DNA from: Octopus sinensis | Taxonomy: Eukaryota | Length of the DNA: 64,000 nucleotides | Assembly (NCBI RefSeq): GCF_006345805.1 | Contig: NC_043015.1 | Coordinates: forward strand, 36,828,001 to 36,892,000 | Direction: 5' to 3' | Part shown: in pieces, positions 1 to 15,050 of the stretch | Numbering within the stretch: the stretch's first letter is position 1 | Layout: every line of letters starts with the position of its first letter | Notes under the pieces: generated by a model | Seen by the model: the letters and a program-made list of their open reading frames with translations, nothing else | Told to the model about the DNA's origin: nothing | The model's database searches: none | Program-made: the position numbers and the translations under genes

Positions 1-139
1 ATAAATGAATAACAGAATATGGTGTACAATGAAGTCTGACACTGACTCATAATCAGCGTCAATATTTACTGAGGGTAAAATTAGCATCATAATAAATGGC
101 AAATATTGGTGTTGTGAGAGGTGGGGATATATCCAATTA

Positions 140-296
140 TACACGGGCACACGCACACACACACACATACACACACATACACACGCGCACGCACACGCAG
201 ATAAAATACATACTTATATGAAGATATGTGTGTGTCTCCCACTTCTGTATCTATATATATAATAATATATATTACATATATATAGATATAGATATC

Positions 297-328
<32 letters not shown>

Positions 329-397
329 TATACATATATATACATCTATATATTATATATGTACATATATATATATATATGCATATATATATAATAA

Positions 398-433
<36 letters not shown>

Positions 434-480
434 GTATATATATGTATAGATATAAATACATATATATATATATATATAGA
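140..480. repeat. (CA)n/(TA)n compound microsatellite, representative of dozens of such tracts in the window
   Basis: Direct reading; explains the IYIY/CVCV ORFs. Confidence 0.95.
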
Positions 481-799
481 CGTAGTCTGTACATAAGTAA
501 ACGCAACTAGGTAAATAACACACGAGCGACAGAGGAATTCAGAGGTGAGAAATGGTAAAGGTGATTTGCAATCGAGGTGAAAAGCAAAAATAAATTAATA
601 AATAACACCAAACAATTATGAAATATTGTAACCACGATAAAACATTGCAGAAAACATATTGTCGGATAGTAATAAATATAAAAGTCAACATAACTGGCAG
701 AATGGACTTCTGAATCCTCAGAACGTTCTGGTCCAGAGGACATGATGTTACCATCCTCCTGTTTCGTTCTTTGGTAAGGCCATAGTTGGAATAAGTCTA

Positions 800-2665
800 C
801 CCTCCTGTGGCCTTCCTACAACAGACAAAACGTTACAAGGATTGCGTCACCCACTTATGGATATACTATCTTTTGGAGAGGCCTACCTAAAGGGTCAGCG
901 TAGAGAATCTGGCGTTGGGTATGCTCTCAAGAATACATTAGTATCCTCCATTGCAGAACTTCCAAGTGGTATACCTGAATGGATCATGTCATGCCGTATT
1001 AAACTGATAATATCTAGTTTTCTTACCGTTGTCAGTATTTATGCACCAACAATGTCCCATTCTGATGAAACTGTAGAAACAGTTTCATGATGATCTAGCA
1101 CAATTATTGAGGAAAGTACCAATTTCTGACAAGCTGGTCATATTGGGAAATTTCAATGCAAGAGTTGTAATGGACTACGTTTCATGGCCTGTTTTAGGTC
1201 GACATGGGAGTGGAAATTGCAATATAAATGGAGTAGCTCTTTTGAAGTTTTGTACTGAGAATAATCTGGTTGTCATCAATACTGTGTTTAAACCACCTGG
1301 AATTTATAAAACCACTTGGATTCTTCATCCTAGATCTAAGCACTGGCATCTCATAGATTATATTCAGATCAGAAAACGTGACATGAAAGACGTTTCTAGC
1401 GTTCGGGCCATGAGAGGAGCAGAGAATTGGAATGAACACCCTTCTAGTGCGTGCAAAAGTAAATTTTTCGATAATGCCTAAAAATCGACTGTCTGGACCT
1501 AGGGTACCCCATATAAAAAAAAACAAAAAAAAAACGATTCCACGATTCTGTGGGAAGTTTTCAAACAAAGGTATTTCAGTCTGCAAGTTTTTCAGTGGGA
1601 TTTAAATCATATACGTCCATTGACTGGTTCTCAGATCAGCAGAAATTCATGATCTACTTTTAGAAAAACAAATCTTAGTCAAAGCACTTTTTCTCAGTCT
1701 TTGAACCCAAACTCAAACGAAGCATACAGAAAGTTGATAGGGCAAATGCAGACTGCTCTAAGAAAAATTAAGCAAGAATGGCGGAATGATATAGAGAAAT
1801 GGGAAAACAAGCAGCTGATAGAAATAATGCCAAGGGTTTGTACTCTGATGTTAAGGAGGTATATGGCCCCAAATCTTCAATAGCTCCAGTGAGAACTGAA
1901 AATGGACGTTTGTTTCTGACTGACACCGCTTCTATTCATATGCGCTGGGTAGAATGTTTTTCTGCACTTTTGATTAGACTATCATCTACTAACATGAGGA
2001 CGATAGAAAACATTGAACACCTAGTTATGGAAGAGATGCCATTTGAACAAAATCTATACGGCATTTATTTCGCTGTGAATAAGCTGAATAACAATCAATT
2101 CCCAGGGTCTGAGGAAATCTGTACAGAAATCTTGAAATATGGGGATGTCAAAATGCTTGAACTCTTAAATATATTAAATTGTCACTGTTGGAGAACTGAG
2201 AATGTGCCTCGAGACTGGATTGATGCCATTTTAGTCTCCTTGTATAAATGGGAGCCAAAGGATATGTGTGGTAATTTTCATGGGATTTCACTTTCGTCTG
2301 TTGTTGGAAAGGTACTTGCCCGCATTTTGTTAGAACGTTTAAATACCTTTATAGTTCCAAATATAGTGTCTGAGTCTCAGTGTGAATTTCGCTCCGCCAG
2401 GGGCGCACCTGAGTGTATCTTTACTGTCAGACAAAAAAAAATGCATTGAACAGACTCTTGCTCTATATCATAGCTTTGTTGATTTGAACAAAGCATTCGA
2501 TACTGTTAATGGAAATGCTCTGTGGCTAATTCTAACGAAAGTAGGTTACCCAGAAAAATTTGGAAACATGATCAGGGTTTTGCATCAGAATATGAAAGCT
2601 AGAGTTAATTTTGGTGGTAGGCTCTCTGAACTTTTTGCCGTGAAAAATGGAGTAAAGCAAGAAGA
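800..2665 (+). mobile_element. Degenerate RTE-clade LINE ORF (APE endonuclease + reverse transcriptase), 3'-truncated at a microsatellite
   Basis: Frameshifted ORF pieces: GQRRESGVGYALKN, LVILGNFNARV...GNCNING, HPRSKHWHLIDYI (APE); PRDWIDAILVSLYK...CGNFHGISLSSVVGKVLARIL, FVDLNKAFDTV, VKNGVKQ (RT). Ends before the YADD motif. Confidence 0.88.
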
Positions 2666-2775
2666 CCTTGATACATATATATATATATAAATAGATAGAT
2701 AAATAGATAGATAGATAGATAGATAGATAGATGATAGATAGATAGATAGACATATATAGATAGATATTATATATG

Positions 2776-2845
<70 letters not shown>

Positions 2846-4633
2846 ATATATATATATATGTACATATGTATACATATATACATACACACATACATACAGA
2901 GACAGACATATATATGTATGTCATACAAATAGTGGTATAGCTGTTTTGTAAATAGTGGCTTTTAAAAATATTCTGGTTTTGTTCTGATTCACCGAGTGTT
3001 CTTGTTTTTGCGTCAAGTTTTCCAAACGAGTCCTCCTCCCCCGCCCTTTCCTCAAAATGATATTCCATGGAACTCAATACCAACGTTTCTCATATTGTAT
3101 TGTTACTTCAGAATCGAGTTCTTACCATGGACAGTTCCTTTCTTTGTACTAGGTTTCAGTCTTCGACTAATACTCGCGATACATATCGCCGTGTCTTTCC
3201 AATATGTTTCCAGGGCCATTACTCTGAGGAATTTCCTCATCCTGTACTTTCTGTCAAAACTGTTACTCGCATCATTTCCAAGCTGCAGCGTTTCTCTGTT
3301 GACTTCCCATTAACCCTTTTCTTCATACAGTTTAGTTCTGCAAACTGATATTCTCTGGAATTCACAAACACCGTCTGGCTTTTGAATTTAGAATCGAGTT
3401 GTTAATATGATAGGTCCGGTTCTCTTTTGTAGGTGTCTTTCACTCATCTTTCGAAATATATTTTCCTTGTGTCTTTTTTACAAGTACTTCTTTGGGTGAT
3501 ATGAAGACAATGAAGAAAAAGTGGTGAGAAGAAGAAAAGAATGGAAAAGGAAAAAGGATGAAATAAGTAAAAGATGAAGAAAATAAAAAATAATTAAAAG
3601 GTAGCGAGGGGTCAAGAGGATTAAATACAATAAAAAACAATGATGATAATGATGGTGGTGGTGGTCGTGGTGGTGATGGTGGTGAAGAAGAAGATGAAGA
3701 AGGGGAGGGGAAGAGAGGAGAATTAAAAGAAAAAGAAGAGAGTGTTTATATAACGTGTTTCTTTTATTTACGTGTCTGAGTTTGAACATATTCACTTCGA
3801 ATCCCAAACATATTTGCTTCTGTAGATTATTTGTTGTATCGAATTTTTTTATTTTTAGAATTGATTGATAAAGAAATTGAATTCTTCTTGAATAATTATA
3901 TAAAATAAATAAATAAATTCTATCTGTAAACTTTCGATTCGACTGGAGACGACAGTTTGAACTTGTATAAAACCAGTGGCCATCAATTATGTTTTAAATG
4001 ATATGTCACTTCGTCAAAGCCAACTTGAAATCATTAATGAAATCCAGCGTATTTATTTGTCTATCTTTCTGCGAATTTTCGCAGCAATCTGCGTAGATCT
4101 CAATTACCTGATAATTATAAGCATCACCATTCCGTCATCTGGAATGATGAAAAAGACACTGGAAGCGCCAACGCAGTCTCTTTCGCTCTAAATTTCTTTG
4201 TTTAACCGTTAATGAGAATTTTAAACTTTCATTAAATGCCTACGGTAACGAGATTAATGACGCCATGCCATTACTTCGCACCAAATTCTAAGACTTTACC
4301 TTCAAGCAAACCAAAGACAAATCTGTTTCCCATTAATTAGAAAGCAGATTTCTGAAAAGTTATTGATGATACTTAAACATAAATGGATCAGTGAAGAAAC
4401 AGGAATTGTATCTGGCATTAGAGAACATATTAGAAAGGTAAACAATCCGTTGGAGGTGAAGAAATTTAATACAATTTCTTTAGAGTTGGTGCAAAAAGCG
4501 ACTGAATAATTGTGTGTGTCGAGTGTCAATTGTTAATACACGGAAGTGTTACGTAGGTGTGGTATTGATTTCTGTACGAAAGAGAGAGAGAGAGAGAAAG
4601 CGAGAGGAGTAAAAGACAGAGAAAGAGAGAAGA

Positions 4634-4670
<37 letters not shown>

Positions 4671-7569
4671 AGAGATAGATGACAATAGAAATTTTACAGA
4701 TGAATACGAAGAATCTTATATTGTTGAGATGGTGAAATAAAGTTGGTAAATTAGATAAAGTTCAGCTTTGGAGCAAAATCGTGTAAATGGATCTTGGTGG
4801 TGATGGTGGAGTGAGGACTACTGAAGAATGATGACGATGACGACGATGATGACAATCATCATGATAGTGGTGGTGATTGTGGTGGTGGTGGTGGTAGTGG
4901 TGATATGACGATGAAGAGACAAAGTCGATGGTGGTTACAATGATTCCAATAATCTTGATAATAATGATGACGGTTATACTGCTGGTGATTTGAAGATGAG
5001 GATGACGATGGTGATAGAATCTTCCTCATTATTAGAGCCCGTCACGCTGATGACAACGGGCGAGTATGATCTCGATTCTGACAACAGTAACGAAGAATAA
5101 GACGACAACGACGGCGACAAACACCCAAGGAAAATATATGTGATGCTTCCCTCGCTCAGTCGATTGACCATTTTTATGTCGAGAATTCAATTCTGACCCA
5201 TCAGTTCATTGCTCAAATTTATTCCTATTTTTACCGATGCCGTTGTCTACTGAGGCATAGCATTATTTCTGGTAAGCAGTGGGGGAAATGCCGCGCGATA
5301 TTTGTTGTGGCTTTGTGCTGCCAGAATTGAAACGCCCCTTTGTCACCGACTTTTCTTCATTTATCCAAGTTAATTAAATAGATGAACAGTCAAGTGTTGA
5401 TGTCAACATTTATAGCAAAATCCGCCCACTAACAATTTTTAGTCGCGGGAATATGAGAAATATTTATTTGGACATGCATCTCCTAACATTCACTTTATGC
5501 TTGAAACGGTATGCAACGTGCATTTAAGGGAATTTTAGTTACTATTTCTTCCAGGTAGAGCAAACGGGGGAATGCATCCATGATAGCCTCACCAATGGTA
5601 CCTAATTAATATATTATGATATCAACGTTCTGTTAACTCCTGATAACATATACGCACTTCAATATAGCACTCAGTAATCAAATTGTGATATGCTGTGATG
5701 CTTCTCCGATCGTCTCTTAATATAGATAAGATATGCAAGAACATTACAACTTCAGTAAAATCAATGGAATATGTTTCGAGATGTGTCACCATGGACGTTA
5801 AATTCGATGGCTTATATAATATATAGCAGTGTTGTATGCAGTCTTCCATCCAAAGTGCTTTACAGGATGTTATGTATGAGTTTAGCTACTTCGAGTTCTA
5901 CCGTTACGAACAGAGAAAAAAGAAACGATTTTGTTATTGGACATTTTAAGTGCATTTAACCAGTGAGGGTTGGTTTTTGGATTGCGACATTAACCACTTC
6001 GAGTTCCGTTGACCGGGATTTAAGCTACTGTGCTGGTTGTTTTCTTATTTCGAGAGACATGCCTGCTGAAACTATCTTAAACATATCTCTTATTTAAAAA
6101 GTAAGCTATATATATTTTTGAAAGGTCGTGGTGGTCACTTATGGAACGCTCTTGTTCAATCAGAGTTACCATAAAACTAAATTACAACAACAACAACAAC
6201 AATAACAACATTTTCCACTCAAGTTGTTGCCATTCTCCTATGGACCTGGCAGCTCTGTATTTTATTTACGCAGAAATAATTACTAATTAATCTCGCTTCG
6301 CTACATCCAGATAATTCACATGTTATCAATGTTACAGGATTTTCTTAATAACCTTAATACTAGATTACAATTCAGCAAAGGCGAGAATTTATCGAAATAT
6401 ATTGAAACGCTCCCAGCAAAGAAACATTTCAATGTAACCAATTTCCAATGAATTGGTTCCAAGATAACAATGCTTAACCAATCTATCAGACTAAGTGAAG
6501 CTTTAAAGATTTGACAAGACACTCAATAATCTGTTCCTAACTTTTCATCCATTCGCTTTTGATTAGAGCGATCATCATAATTATTGTTGTACATTTGAAC
6601 ATAAAATCATTCGTACAGTGGATTCTGCTTAATTGCGTAAATCGCTTAATTGCAAAACATTTTCGAAATACGCTAACCGCTAGCGATCGGATCCGTAGAA
6701 AATTGATAAGTTAATTTCAGATTCTCACGAAGTAAATGTCGGTCATTTGCAAAATATTTTCTCTTATTTCCAGCGCAAGAAATATTGATATGTAGTTCTG
6801 TCATTTATTATGAATGAATTCATTCCAGGAACTTTCGTTCTGCACATTGAGATAAAATGACTTGAATCATACATAAACGTTTGTGGAGTAATATAAAAAT
6901 CTCAGAAGGAATTGGCAAACGTCAGAGCAGAAAAATTATTGAATTGTTTTACCGATAAATATTAATACCAATATTTCCCCCACACTAGAGACAACGTAAA
7001 TGAATTGTACGTAAACAAATCGTACCCTTACGCAAACACACACACTCACTCACGCACACTCATACACACGCATACATACACATAAACATACATACACAAA
7101 ACACGCACACGCAGATATATATATATATATACATATAGAAATACTTCTACTGGGGGTCGCTTAGTCCCTATGAGGCAAACATTTAAATAAACAACATTCA
7201 TGGTACCGCTGTTGTTTATATGAAAGTAAGAGAAAAGCAAAAGAACCAAGGAATAAAAAAAAAATCTAAGAAGAAAACTGCTGGAAGTAATTTTTCAAGA
7301 GTCAAAGCCAGGAAAGTTGATGAAAGGAAACGAATCGGCTGAAAGTGAGATATTTGAATTCGAATTATCTTCTACTCTTTTACATTTAACTTGACACAGT
7401 CATTATACTGCTTCCATGATGGAGAGCAATCCTGAAGGGTTTAGTCGGACTCGCGAAGTTATAGTTTCAGTTTGGTATTATTTCATCGCATCTTGTCGCT
7501 GAACCGCTAAGTTATAGGGACTTAAATATATATATATACAATTATTCACGCGTTGTGCAAATCCTCAGA

Positions 7570-7790
7570 GAAGGCATTGTTTCCCCTGGTGGATTCCTGA
7601 AACACACATTCATTAAACTGTCACTCTGTCGAATGTTCCAGTTGATCCGATGAATGGAACATCATCTTCGTGGTATTGAGGTAGAAATGGCTGAGCATTC
7701 CACAGACATGCCTACACTTAAAAGAGTTCTCATGGAGATTCAGCGAGAAAAACCAGCATGTGTCAAGGCTGGTCTTTTGAAATCCAGTTA
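7570..7790 (-). mobile_element. SINE body fragment, same family as 29645-29945
   Basis: gttccagttgatccgatgaatggaac...ctgagcattccacagac...tgtcaaggctgg aligns with 29650-29790. Confidence 0.55.
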
Positions 7791-8394
7791 CAACTCCTTT
7801 TTGCGAGCTGAATGAACTGGAGCTACTTGAAATAAAATGAAAGAGGCAACGCGCTGCCTTGGATCGAGCTCACCATCTCACGACCGAGAGCCAGATACCC
7901 TAAGCACTAAATCACGCTCCTTCACGCCATTAAACATTTTAAACGACAATACCATAATTATTATGGAGACAAGGTTATCAGTTAAAATCTCTAAAATCTC
8001 ACGTGAATACAATAACTGTTAAGTTTGTCTTCAAAGAACTCTAATAGTTTTTACAAAGTGTACACTTAAATATACTTAATATACTTAAGTAGTAAAAGAA
8101 GAAAATGACATAAAAAGGGGAGGGGAATTATTCAAACGTGGAGTGTACTATCAATGAGACTGTCAAGTAAAATAATGGCGGATGTAAATATTTAAACAAT
8201 TGGTAAGCTATCTCGATCTTACGTAAAAACTCTGAATTAAATATTTATGGAGTTGGTTTGTTAACACTAAAAACAAAATGTCTTCAGTTTTTCTTTTGTA
8301 CGCGAAAAACATTTGTCAATTTACTATAATTAAGATACTGGTGAATGTGTGTGTGTGTGTATAAGTATACGTATGTATATAAGTATATATGTGA

Positions 8395-8760
8395 GGAGGC
8401 GCAGTTTGTAGTTTGTTCGGGTATTGCGCTTGTGATCGGAAAATCGCTGTTTCGAATCCAAAACAGGGTAGTGCGCCGTATTCTTGAGTAAAGGCATTTC
8501 GTCTCACCTTCCTACAGCACAAACATTTCGTCAATACAACCAAATCAACTGTGCCGATTGTGCAAGAAAAATTCGGTGCCCACAACGGTCCTGGAGGTGG
8601 GTTCTCAATGTATGCGTTTATGTTTTGTATTTGTATGTGATTGTGTGTGGTCCTGCGCATGCGTGATCCTATCGTCACCCAGCAAATTGGACGGGGGGAA
8701 TTTCAAATGTTATTGTGACAGGATTATGTATAAGCGGCGGAATTATGTTTAACCTGTCAA
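8395..8760 (+). mobile_element. Degenerate tRNA-derived SINE
   Basis: A-box-like ggcgcagtttgtag and B-box-like gtttcgaatcc; end approximate. Confidence 0.45.
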
Positions 8761-9012
8761 ACCTATCGCTGTTGTTGTCACTTACCAGCGTGTAAGTATT
8801 GTTCCAGTAAACACGACACGTAAAAACATAATTGACCAGTAAATTGGATGTTGTTATAAGTCGCTGGACACAAAGGTTTTCGCATCGTTTTAGCCTTCAG
8901 TTGATGCCACTCGCTCGCCAGCAGTTGTGATCTGAGTAGTACTATTTTGTGATATTGTTGTCATGTTTTTGCAGATTTAATAGTAAGGTATATCTATCAA
9001 TCTATTTGTCTG

Positions 9013-9081
<69 letters not shown>

Positions 9082-10011
9082 ATATATATATATATAATAT
9101 ATATAATATATATATATATATATATAGATTATATATATTATATATCCTATATATTTATCTACCTACGTATCTATCTATCTATCAATCTATCTATCTATTT
9201 ACCTATCTATCTATCTATCTATCTTGTTTGTAGGTTTAGCAGATAGAAACTGTAAGAAGACTATTGGGAAGACTACATATACATACATGGGTGGGAGCAG
9301 ATGTGTGTCCTTGTGCGTGTGTTTGTTACAAAGTACTACTTGACAAACGGGGTTGGTGAGTTTACATCCGCGTAATGTAGTTGCTCGGAATAAGAATTTG
9401 ATAGAATCAGTAGAAGCCGATTTGTTCGACTAAAATTGTTGAAATGTGTGCTGCAGCATGGCCGCAATCTCATTCCAGAAACAAGTAAAAGCTAAAAGAT
9501 ACATACAGACATACGTGTGTGTATGTGTGTGTACGTAAACAGTACTGAGATTTTGCAATAGGAAGCGATCCCATTCCGCTTACTAAGACGATTTTAGAAG
9601 AAACGTACATATTGAGGAAGATTTAGCTACTATGACTCGCAGGAATGGTGACAGCAGCATCCGTCGAAGCATTCTCCTGATTGTTTATGATCGGTGAAAT
9701 GGAGGGTCAGCCATGACATCATGATAGATTTGTTATCGACAGCCGAGTTCATCAGAACTCGTTGCTTTTGACATAATATATGTGAGTGCGTGTGTGTACG
9801 TGAATGTGGGTACTTAGGTTTGTACGTTTGTGTGTGTATGTGTGAGAGAAAAATATGTGAGCGTCTGTGTGTTACGTATGTGTATGCGTTTTTGAGTGTA
9901 TGTATTCGTACATGGATATATATATATCCATAAATATAATTATACTAATTCATTTATATATATAAATATATGTATATATATATATACGCATGTATGTATG
10001 AATTCATATAA

Positions 10012-10049
<38 letters not shown>

Positions 10050-10735
10050 ATTTATATGTATATATATGAATATATATATATATACAAATAAACACACACA
10101 CACACATATATATATATGTGTGTGTGTGTACATTCATACTACACACAGTGTTGCGCACACACAGACACACATATACATACAGACATAGCGCATTCACACA
10201 CATATATGTACATATATAAATCATCATCGTCTTTGATATGTTTTTGCTCTTCGACTGATTTATATTTGGTCATTACAGAAGATGTCTTCCAAATGATATA
10301 TTAGCAGACGTCACCGCCATTTCTTTTGAAGGATTTTAAACCAGTGTGACAGAATTTAAAACACAGACGTATATCAATAGACGAAACTAAAAATATTACA
10401 GTAAAAATTACTTGAGATAATGCATACTTTTAGAATTCTATGTTCGATTTTATTTTTGATATTATCAAAATACCATACATTATATCAGAGTATATAATCA
10501 ATGATATCTACCGACATATATAACTGGTACTTTTGTTTATCGATCATGAATGGATGGAAGATGAGATAAATTTGAATCGTATGACTCCCTCTAACCTTTT
10601 GCTCACCTCCGTCTAGCAAATCCATTCAAAAGACTTTGGTCGGCCCGAAGCCAAAGTAGAAGATACTTGTTCAAGGTGCCATCTCGTGGGACTGAACTCG
10701 GAGCTTATGAAGCAAATTCTGACCACATAGCTATT

Positions 10736-10799
<64 letters not shown>

Positions 10800-10816
10800 A
10801 CTCACTCCTTATATAT

Positions 10817-10935
10817 GAGTTCAGTACCACTGCGTTGGCACCTTAGTTAAGTGACTTCTGCTTCAGCCTAGCGGGACCAACCAAAGTCTTGTGAGTGGCT
10901 TTGGTAGACGGAAACTGAAAGAAGCCTATCGTATA
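10817..10935 (+). mobile_element. 5'-truncated tRNA-derived SINE, family with ttggtagacggaaactgaaagaagcc
   Basis: Matches the copies at 20757 and 22617. Confidence 0.65.
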
Positions 10936-12445
10936 TATATATATATATATATATAAAGTACAGGTGGCATGCAAGTGGGTATATATTTAGTTTGAAAGAA
11001 GTTTGAAAATGCCACTATATAAGATATTTGACATGTTTCGGTTCTTCTAGAAAAAAAGAACCTTATCAAAAATATATATTTTTAAAAGATAAGTGTAATA
11101 AAGAAAAGTTCTCACTGCTGCTATTACGGCCAACGGCCACTTCCACTACTACTACGACGACGACAACGACCATCACCACCACCACCACCACAACCACCAC
11201 TACTGCTTCTGCTACTACTACTACTACAGCCAATGAACTGCTGCTACAAAACCAACCACCACTACCACCACGGTCACTACTACTACTGCTATTACAGCTA
11301 ACAATCACTTTCACTACTACAGTCAACGATTCATGCTTCAACGGCTGCCACTTCTTAGTCAACACACAAGACAGCCATTATGTTCCCACGCACAAAACGC
11401 CACCACGTGGACTCTGTTGAAAGTAGCAAGAAATAATTATGAACTTTTCTTTTATTACACTTAAGTTTTAAATATATATATTCTTTGATAAGGTTTGTTT
11501 TTTCAAGAAGAACCGAAAATTTATCGTATATAGTATATATATATACTCTCGGTTGACGATCTGGACCCGGGTGAAGAATTCTCGACGTACAATACCGCGG
11601 ATATCGGGAGAAATGATGGCAGATGTTCTTCTGCTTTTGAATTGGCCGTCTCACTCGAAACATTGCGTACGACCCCTCGCCTCCTCGCCGTAAATTTGCC
11701 GAATTATGCTCAATGTCTCTGTAGCAGACTTGCCAAGTTTAACGCAAATCCTAAGCTGTCTCTTGGTTCCAAGACAAAAATCGTAGACTACATTATACAC
11801 GTGATCCTAAAAACATAGATTTCACAACATGCGAAGTATACACAGCGATATCATTCGGTACACAGCCTCATGAGGATCAATGCTAGCTCCAACTGCGCAC
11901 GTAACCGTCTGCTGCCATCTGTTGGCACACTTCTGAAGTAGTCCGGAAATTTTCGATACTACCTGCTACACCAACTCAGCACGAATTACTATTATTTCTG
12001 TGTTATCTTCTCTAGGTGTATCATCTTGGTGTCTTACTCACTTCGAAATTTAAAGTCCGTTTTGTAACCAAGGTTTAATTCTAAAAATATTCCAGTTTGT
12101 TTTTCTTTACCGTATGGCGGTCTGTGTTATTAACTATTCCACTCTCAATAGCTCGCCTATCAATAATCTAAGCTCTTTGTATTCCATTGGTGATGCATTA
12201 TATAGGCGAGGTGTTGTATATTTTCATCAGGTAATAAGAACCTATGATACTTAATGGATAGGAGGAAAGAAAAGCAAGTTAAAAATGAAAACATATTAAA
12301 GCTTGAAAAAATATACTCTTTATAAAACTACAAACGTGATCAGACTCAAGCTTTTGGACACGTAACGTGAACTATAACATGCACACACAGACACATATAT
12401 ACATACTCAAACATATATATACATATACATGCATACATATATATA

Positions 12446-12485
<40 letters not shown>

Positions 12486-13095
12486 TACAATACATACATA
12501 CTCACACACACACACACACATATTATATATATATACATACATTATAATATATATATATATATATATATATTCTGTAGATATATATATTATATATGTATGG
12601 ATATACATGTATATGAATGTATTTGTTTCTATGCATATATAGGTGTAATAAATGATATATATGTGTATGCTTGTATTTGTGTGTGTGTGTGTATGTGTAT
12701 ATATGACAGCCACCACAACTGTGGGGCCGACTTATTGATTTTAATCAAATGGCGTGTTGTGTGCCAAGCTAAGATCAAATATTCTTTTTGTTTGAATAGA
12801 TAGATTCTACTCAGCATACCATCTTTCAATAGTGTTGATTAGGTTTGTATAGTCAAGAAATTTCAAAATTAATAAAAATGAAGTAAAAAGACGGCGACGA
12901 AAATAGTAGAGAGGACATTTTTTTCTTTTTTTTATTGGTTTAAAGAAAAATCTCTCGCATCACCAAATATCACACCTCTACCGCCGGTCGGTGTCTGCCA
13001 TGTCTACTGCACAAATACTACTACTAGTTACTACTACTACCACTACTAATACTACTAATACTAGTACTACTTCTAATAATAATAATTATAATAAA

Positions 13096-13153
<58 letters not shown>

Positions 13154-13154
13154 G

Positions 13155-13267
13155 ATGAAGAAGAGGAGAAGAAGAAGAAGAAGAAGAAGAAGAAGAAGAA
13201 GAAGAAGAAGAAGAAGAAGAAGAAGAAGAAAAGAAAGCAGAAAAAGGAAGTAAAAGGAGAAGAAAAC

Positions 13268-13299
<32 letters not shown>

Positions 13300-13300
13300 T
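13155..13300. repeat. (AAG)n tract between (AAT)n/(ATT)n tracts
   Basis: Direct reading; a second long (AAG)n tract lies at 13720-13927. Confidence 0.9.
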
Positions 13301-13560
13301 GTTGATATTGCCATACCTGGAGACATATGAATGGCTGATACAGAAATGGAAAATATTGAGAAATACAAGAAGCCACGATAAGATGAGATTGTATGAATGT
13401 GGTCAGAGAATGAAGTATCTTCCCAGTGGTTGTGATGGAGACACAAGGAAACATTAACAACCAGGACAAATTTGGATCGGCATGAGGGCAGACATATGCT
13501 CAGAAAACTGATTTATTAGGGACAGTAAGTACTTCGAGGCTGGTGGTTTGGTGTTAAGAG
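13301..13560 (+). mobile_element. REL-clade (R4/Dong-like) LINE 3' fragment
   Basis: Translates VDIAIPGDI*MADTEMENIEKYK...MW, the restriction-like endonuclease region. Confidence 0.65.
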
Positions 13561-13858
13561 TTGTGGAAAGGTGCCCGGTGAAATCATTGGCAACTGATCT
13601 TTGTCCGCTCTTACAGAATCAGCCGGGACAAGATAATACCAGAACACAAAGAAGAGAAAGTGCTAATAAATTATATATTAATCAATTTAATTAATTAATT
13701 TAATTAATTAATAATTAATTAAGAAGAAGAAGAAGACGAAGAAGAAGGAGAAGAAGAAGAAGGAGAAGAAGAAGAAGAAAGAAGAAGAAGAAGAAGAAGA
13801 AGGAGGAGAAGAAGAAGAAGAAGAAGAAGAAGAAGACGAAGAAGAAGAAGAAGAAGAA

Positions 13859-13889
<31 letters not shown>

Positions 13890-13898
13890 AAGAAGAAG

Positions 13899-13929
<31 letters not shown>

Positions 13930-14420
13930 CATATATCTCATTATGGATGGTTGAAGAATTTTTATGGCAAAAACAATAATGAGCTTGAAGGAGTATTAAA
14001 TATTGTAAAAGCATTCGGTGGTGACATTGGGATGGAGTTTGGTCTTAGTAAAGATGACAAGGCCTCTTTCTAGAAAGGGAAACTGAAGATCTCAAAATTC
14101 AGTGGTGTTAGATTTTGACACAGTCGTAAAAGAACTTGAGCAGGAACAGACTTTCAGATACCTTGGAATAAATTAGAGCCACAGCATTCTGCATGCAAGC
14201 ATGAAAGAAAAGCAGAGGAAGAAATGTGACAGGAAAGTTCGGGAAGTCCTGAAATATGAGTTAAATGCAAGTAACAAGGTGGTTAGCCATAAATTTCTTA
14301 ACAGTTTCTGTTGTTATTTAGAGTTCCAATGTGTTTGGACTGGAATATGATCGAAATAAGGAAGATTGATAAGAAAATCCGAAAGCTGCTTCCATGCAAT
14401 AGGATGCACTACACATATTA
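13930..14420 (+). mobile_element. REL-clade LINE RT-domain fragment
   Basis: FYGKNNNELEGVLNIVKAFGGDIGMEFGLSK following a degenerate YMDD; later YLG and RKIDKKIRKLL..RMH. Confidence 0.72.
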
Positions 14421-14527
14421 AAACGTCCAACTTGCTGTTACTCGGAGTATCTGGGTGAAAGAGGGAAAATGGAACCAACTCGTTTAAAAGACAGCAATAA
14501 TAACAAATACTACTACTACTAGTAGTT

Positions 14528-14561
<34 letters not shown>

Positions 14562-14657
14562 TAAGTAGAACAATTCTGCTGTTGTTGCTGTTACTACTGC
14601 CGCTACTACTATTACGACTATTACTACTTCTACTACTACTACTACTGCTGCTGCTGC

Positions 14658-14695
<38 letters not shown>

Positions 14696-14699
14696 TTAA

Positions 14700-15050
14700 T
14701 TTTTTAAAATGTGGCATCTCAAGGCGACTACACTCCCAGTGATTGTAGGATCTCTAGCAATGATAAAAAGGAACTGAAACCTATTCGAAAATGATACCAG
14801 AATTACCTTCGCTACAGGAAGTGCAAAAGTTAGTGTTAACGGGAACGACTCATGTACTGAGAAGAACATTATCGCTGGGAAAAAAATATCCATTCATGAA
14901 TTTATTTGTTTAATAATTTTTTAAATACATATTTTACCTGTGAATTTGCGCGTGCAATCTGGGAATGCATACAATGAGCTTCTCTGCCCTAGGTGTACGG
15001 AAAACACGCGGCGAGAAATGGAAGAAAATTTGAAGAAATAAGGGGAAAAA
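14700..15050 (+). mobile_element. REL-clade LINE 3' end plus UTR (family 2)
   Basis: KMWHLKATTLPVIVGSLAMIK; PSLQEVQKLVLTGTTHVLRRTLSL; follows (AAT)n. Confidence 0.72.

Noticed and set aside
6614-6720. TA-CAGTGGATTCTGCTTAATTG, a pogo/Tigger-like terminus
   Set aside because: No partner TIR or transposase found
11912-11927. CTCF-like motif (tgccaacagatggcag on the minus strand)
   Set aside because: A single short motif match with no supporting evidence
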